A stretch of DNA of 64,000 nucleotides from Dudresnaya verticillata (lineage: Eukaryota): positions 1,550,001 through 1,614,000 of the forward strand of contig OZ374562.1 in the NCBI GenBank assembly GCA_977862235.1. Reading direction: 5' to 3'. Position 1 is the first letter of the stretch. Each line of letters opens with the position of its first letter. A program made the position numbers and the translations under genes. Below are positions 60,015-64,000 of the stretch, piece after piece. The notes beneath the pieces are model-generated. The model had not been told where the DNA came from. It saw only the letters and a program-made list of their open reading frames with translations, and did not search any database.

Positions 60015-62462
60015 ATGGACTTCCAAGAACTGCAGCTGGTGTTTCAACTAGCTACCGACAAGCCCGAGGCAGAGCGCAGGCTCCGCACTTGGATTGAGAG
60101 ACACTCAACTTCTTTCAGCAGAGAAGAGATTATAGTTTTAATCCCATGCGTTATTTTGGGGAAGCTGGCAGTCTCCGTAGGACAAGGAGGGATTCTTGTC
60201 GGAGAGGACGTTCCAGGAATTGAAACGATGTCTCCGAAGGATGTATTTCAATATTGCCAGATGTTGCTACAGAATGCCAATAGGGTCCTCATTCTCGCTC
60301 CAGCCATTTGTGCATGGCATTTTGATATCCTTAGCGAATATCCTGACGAGACAATTCCACTGGGAAGCGGCTATAACCACGCGGGCGTATCTGGAACTGT
60401 AATGCCCGGAGTTATCTCCCCGGCCTATGCTTTGCAGGCAATCCTTGCGTCATGTGTTCTTGATGAATGTGTTGTGATTAGAAGTTCTCCACATGGAGCT
60501 CTCAGTGTGGTTTCTAATGATGGATATCTCAAAATGTACAAGCTTCGAGAAAGGCTTCAGAATTACTCCCCGAAGCACATCACCTGCATGAATTTCAAAA
60601 ATGACGGGCTCCTCATCCGTCAGGGTCGCGATCGTCTAGTGGTATTTGCTGGGATGGTCATTAACTTCATACTTCTGATCGCGCTCGTCATGACAATATT
60701 TTATTCTGCGAGTAGGAGATCGTTCTTCTCTTTCGTGGTGGCGATGGAGCTTTCCATTGCTACATGGGCTTTGATTTTTGTCATCGTAAAATCACAGCAG
60801 GAGAATTTCTATTTCTTTCACGTGCTCGGTAAGTTCATGGGACTTGATGTTTTCGAGTCATTCATATTAAAAGATTTATATTTACTGCCCAACCCAATAA
60901 GAGATGAATTGAGTATAAGTCTTCTTGCCGGAGGGAGCACAAATCTGCCAGTTTCGACACTTGATTTCTTTGGTGGACCAGTTTTGCTACCCCGAGCCAC
61001 TTGGAATATTGATGAAACAATTGTTGGAGTCCTGCTTCATCATAAAACGGAAAGCAGATTGGTTTCTCCATTGACTGGCTTCCAGTTCTCTGTTCACAAG
61101 AATTCAATTGATGGGATTGGCTCTGCCTTATGTTTGAAGTCACTCCACTTTTTTGAGGATGGCTTGACTGGAATTGGCATGTATGACACAGAGTTGAATA
61201 GATTTTGCGTTTGTAGAGCCGGAGAGCTTGAACAGGTTCCAATCCAGAAGAGCAATCGCCTGAGTGAAATTAGAAACATTCTCAGCTTGCAACAATATTC
61301 CTTCCCGCAACATGCAAATATGCAGATGCTGTTGCAGGCTCTGAAAGACAAGTACAACTTCACAACTTATTTTACTAACCCTTCCGAAATGGTTTGTAGC
61401 AACTGTCAAAGTAACGAATGGGTTTCAGGAGCTTCTTCTTGTCTGCCGTTGTTGAGAAATGAGATCGTTAAACATAGAATGAGGCAGCAATGCCATGTCG
61501 GAAGTCATGGCTGCATTTTATCCGAAGCCGTGCATAAGTTCCTAACGGGTCAAACAAATTTCAGTATTGCATCGCATAATTTCTATAGTGATTCAGAAGG
61601 GAACCTGAGCGTGTCCTCAAGAGAGCTTCTGGAAGAGCTTAGCGGTCAACTTCGACAAGACCTATATACAGGTGGTATGTTGGTACAATTAACAATTAAG
61701 GGAAGTGCAACTGTTTCAAGAGCTGTTGCTGCGCTTCGCTGTTTGCTAGAGGGCAAAGCAGTTGCATACTTGAACTTGGAGACAAATAGAACTGAGGTTA
61801 TTGCGCAGATTGGAGAACTCGCTGACTGGCCAGTCTGCACAAAAGTTCAGAGCGTGAGGATAGCAAGTAACGCCAAGGCCACTGCTTTTGAGGACCAACG
61901 ATTTGGCTCAATTGCTCTCATCGGCTTTTTCGCTTCTGCGGTTTTCGCAATTGCCACAGGGGTTTTGTCAATAGTGAGTGCAGCACAAGCGGGAGAAGCT
62001 TGGTACGAGAGGGTATCGGTGATTTTCTTTTGGCCGGCACTGGGGACCCAGCTTGCGGCAGGATTGCTAATGTTTTGCAGGTTTGCGGGTATCTTTCCTT
62101 CTCGTCTTCCGACATGGGAGGGTAGTCCTGACAGGGCAGAGTCGGTATTGATGAGAATGGGAGAAAAGGAGAGAATTTTACACTCATATATTGGGAACAT
62201 TTCGGCACAGCATAGCAGTGGGTCGGCAACTTATGTTAGAAGGGCGGTCATTAGAAGTGGTGCTCTCCGGGTCCCTCCAATTTCCAAGGAGAGCGCCAAC
62301 TATGGCGGTATCGTCACCACGGCGAGAGGAACAGCGATCAGTCTATTCAACCTCGATGAAGCAAGGTTCTCCGAAGATGGTAAGCGACTGAAGTGGATGC
62401 CAGTTTCTCGACGGGGCCGTCTAACAACACTAGAAGACAAAGAATTTGGACCCTTGGTGTAA
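60015..62462 (+). CDS. Uncharacterised 815-aa membrane protein (2+2 TM helices)
   Basis: Long uninterrupted ATG ORF in lower-GC DNA, with hydrophobic helix pairs at about aa 208-258 and aa 630-690. Confidence 0.85.
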   Translation: MDFQELQLVFQLATDKPEAERRLRTWIERHSTSFSREEIIVLIPCVILGKLAVSVGQGGILVGEDVPGIETMSPKDVFQYCQMLLQNANRVLILAPAICAWHFDILSEYPDETIPLGSGYNHAGVSGTVMPGVISPAYALQAILASCVLDECVVIRSSPHGALSVVSNDGYLKMYKLRERLQNYSPKHITCMNFKNDGLLIRQGRDRLVVFAGMVINFILLIALVMTIFYSASRRSFFSFVVAMELSIATWALIFVIVKSQQENFYFFHVLGKFMGLDVFESFILKDLYLLPNPIRDELSISLLAGGSTNLPVSTLDFFGGPVLLPRATWNIDETIVGVLLHHKTESRLVSPLTGFQFSVHKNSIDGIGSALCLKSLHFFEDGLTGIGMYDTELNRFCVCRAGELEQVPIQKSNRLSEIRNILSLQQYSFPQHANMQMLLQALKDKYNFTTYFTNPSEMVCSNCQSNEWVSGASSCLPLLRNEIVKHRMRQQCHVGSHGCILSEAVHKFLTGQTNFSIASHNFYSDSEGNLSVSSRELLEELSGQLRQDLYTGGMLVQLTIKGSATVSRAVAALRCLLEGKAVAYLNLETNRTEVIAQIGELADWPVCTKVQSVRIASNAKATAFEDQRFGSIALIGFFASAVFAIATGVLSIVSAAQAGEAWYERVSVIFFWPALGTQLAAGLLMFCRFAGIFPSRLPTWEGSPDRAESVLMRMGEKERILHSYIGNISAQHSSGSATYVRRAVIRSGALRVPPISKESANYGGIVTTARGTAISLFNLDEARFSEDGKRLKWMPVSRRGRLTTLEDKEFGPLV

Positions 62463-64000
62463 GACGAGCGTGATAGCGTTGCAACTTTCAACTTGAAAGC
62501 ATTGAATGTATTGCAAAAGCTCTCCATGTCACCGCCCTTGCTTCCTTTCTTTCTCGGTGCTTTGTCTACTCCTCTGATTTTTCTACGCGGGCCCAAGTGC
62601 TGAAGGGTGGACCACCAGACTACCGTAAGTGCAACAGCTATGTGCTAGAAATGTAACAAGTCTTCAAGCTGCAGGACAAAGGCTTCACTATTATCATCTA
62701 TCTCTCACCACTTGTCCTGCGACTTCATGTGGATGCAAGACGATCTCAGCAGGCTAAGCTCTCCTAGTGTCTATCGACATAACCTACAGCAGGAATAAGC
62801 CCAACTACAACTTTGCGTACTACAGCATGGTAACAACTAGCCTAGGCCACTCTATTCTTTCAAGTTTTGCACTATAGCACTATCCACTGCAGCGTGCTTT
62901 GTATCGATACCAAGTAACGCTACTTGGCCCTCAGGGCTGGTGTGCCTGCTAATGGCCCAGTGTCGCCCGCGTAGGACCACCTTAAACAACCCATTAAAAA
63001 TTGAATCATCATTAGAGACAAGAGGTTAGATCAGTGATAGTACATATCTGTTTGAGAGCATTTCAATTGGACCAGGAAAAGCTGCGTAGAACTATTGGGA
63101 GTTTTCCGTGTGCCTTCGATTTTTGACTCCATTCGCCATCCTGTAGGAAGCCACCATCCGACGATGGAGCTGGTGGAGCGAACAGTTCGGCGGGCAGCAC
63201 TGAATCACCGGAAGAGCTTACAATAGTTCCTCAAGACTACACTGACACCTTTTGAATAGAGTACAAAATGGCCCTTTAAAGAGGATCCTTCCGGAATGGG
63301 CTGGTACCCTGAGCACTGATGTGAAAACAACGTAGAATGGTGGTTCACCATTGCTAAAGATTGGTCTGTTATTTTACAGCTGCTAGAATTGAAGATATTT
63401 GTCCATGTCGATGCGTATTTGGCGCTGTAGTAGAACTTAGTACTCGAAGCAAAGTGGTCTTCGACATTTCCACAACGATGCATCCTTCCAAATCTGTTCC
63501 ATAAATTGGAGCATGTGGTTGATGCACAGTGCAAAAAAATGCCCATGCTCAGTCTCACGCCTCCCGCAGAGTGCTATCGCGATGAGGAGACCGTCTAAAC
63601 GAGAGATACAGAAATCTACGGCGATCTCCGTGACGTTCCTTGAATAGTAGAAGTTCTACACAATGTCCCCGGTTTGCAACTAAAATCAAGCACTGTTACA
63701 AAGGGCAGGTGGAAGCCAACAAGGGAATGCCCAGCATAATTTCTATTGTAGCCCGAGATTAGATTATCGGCTTGGCATCTCACAAGATTGCTGCTGAGGG
63801 CGAAGCAAGACACCGTGCGTCTCTGCCACTTGATCCATCACAACGGTATATACTGCGTAGCCCGAGGAAAGACCTGAAAACGACAATGACAGCTATGCCC
63901 CTTTGCCCGCTTGCCTGTTTTGGAAGCCGTGACAGCAGCGTGTGGTGCTGCCAAGATCGGCCGGCATCATGGAGAGACTGAGACAACAGCCACCGGCGAG

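Noticed and set aside
62470..64000. ORF 63205-63558 and neighbours
   Set aside because: No identifiable family; may be a relic or part of a feature beyond the window.

Overview
Eukaryotic DNA, probably from a florideophyte red alga (inferred from compact genes and gene types; not verified). Positions 1-45812 are a nested retroelement cluster. It starts with the 3' half of a DIRS element, whose tyrosine recombinase is split by a solo LTR. It then holds three chromodomain Ty3/gypsy elements (B 2996-18033 +, D 19347-45577 -, E 31602-44793 -), a pol-less and internally inverted element C (11885-17214) inside B, an RLE-type non-LTR fragment, and a probable solo LTR split by D. All four LTR elements use the same 18-nt tRNA(Tyr)-type primer site. 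All four also carry a long antisense ORF between pol/gag and the 3' LTR; these ORFs share a conserved domain I cannot assign. In D and E the antisense cassette is bracketed by two copies of the polypurine tract. D is loaded with strand-biased, family-specific CpG motifs, suggesting a sequence-specific anti-silencing system. Positions 45813-64000 are host sequence: a secreted GSDH-type beta-propeller with an IPT domain, an RPA-like OB-fold-TIR fusion, a small secreted Cys-rich prepropeptide, and an 815-aa 4-TM orphan with an apparent internal duplication. All alignments and counts were made by eye.
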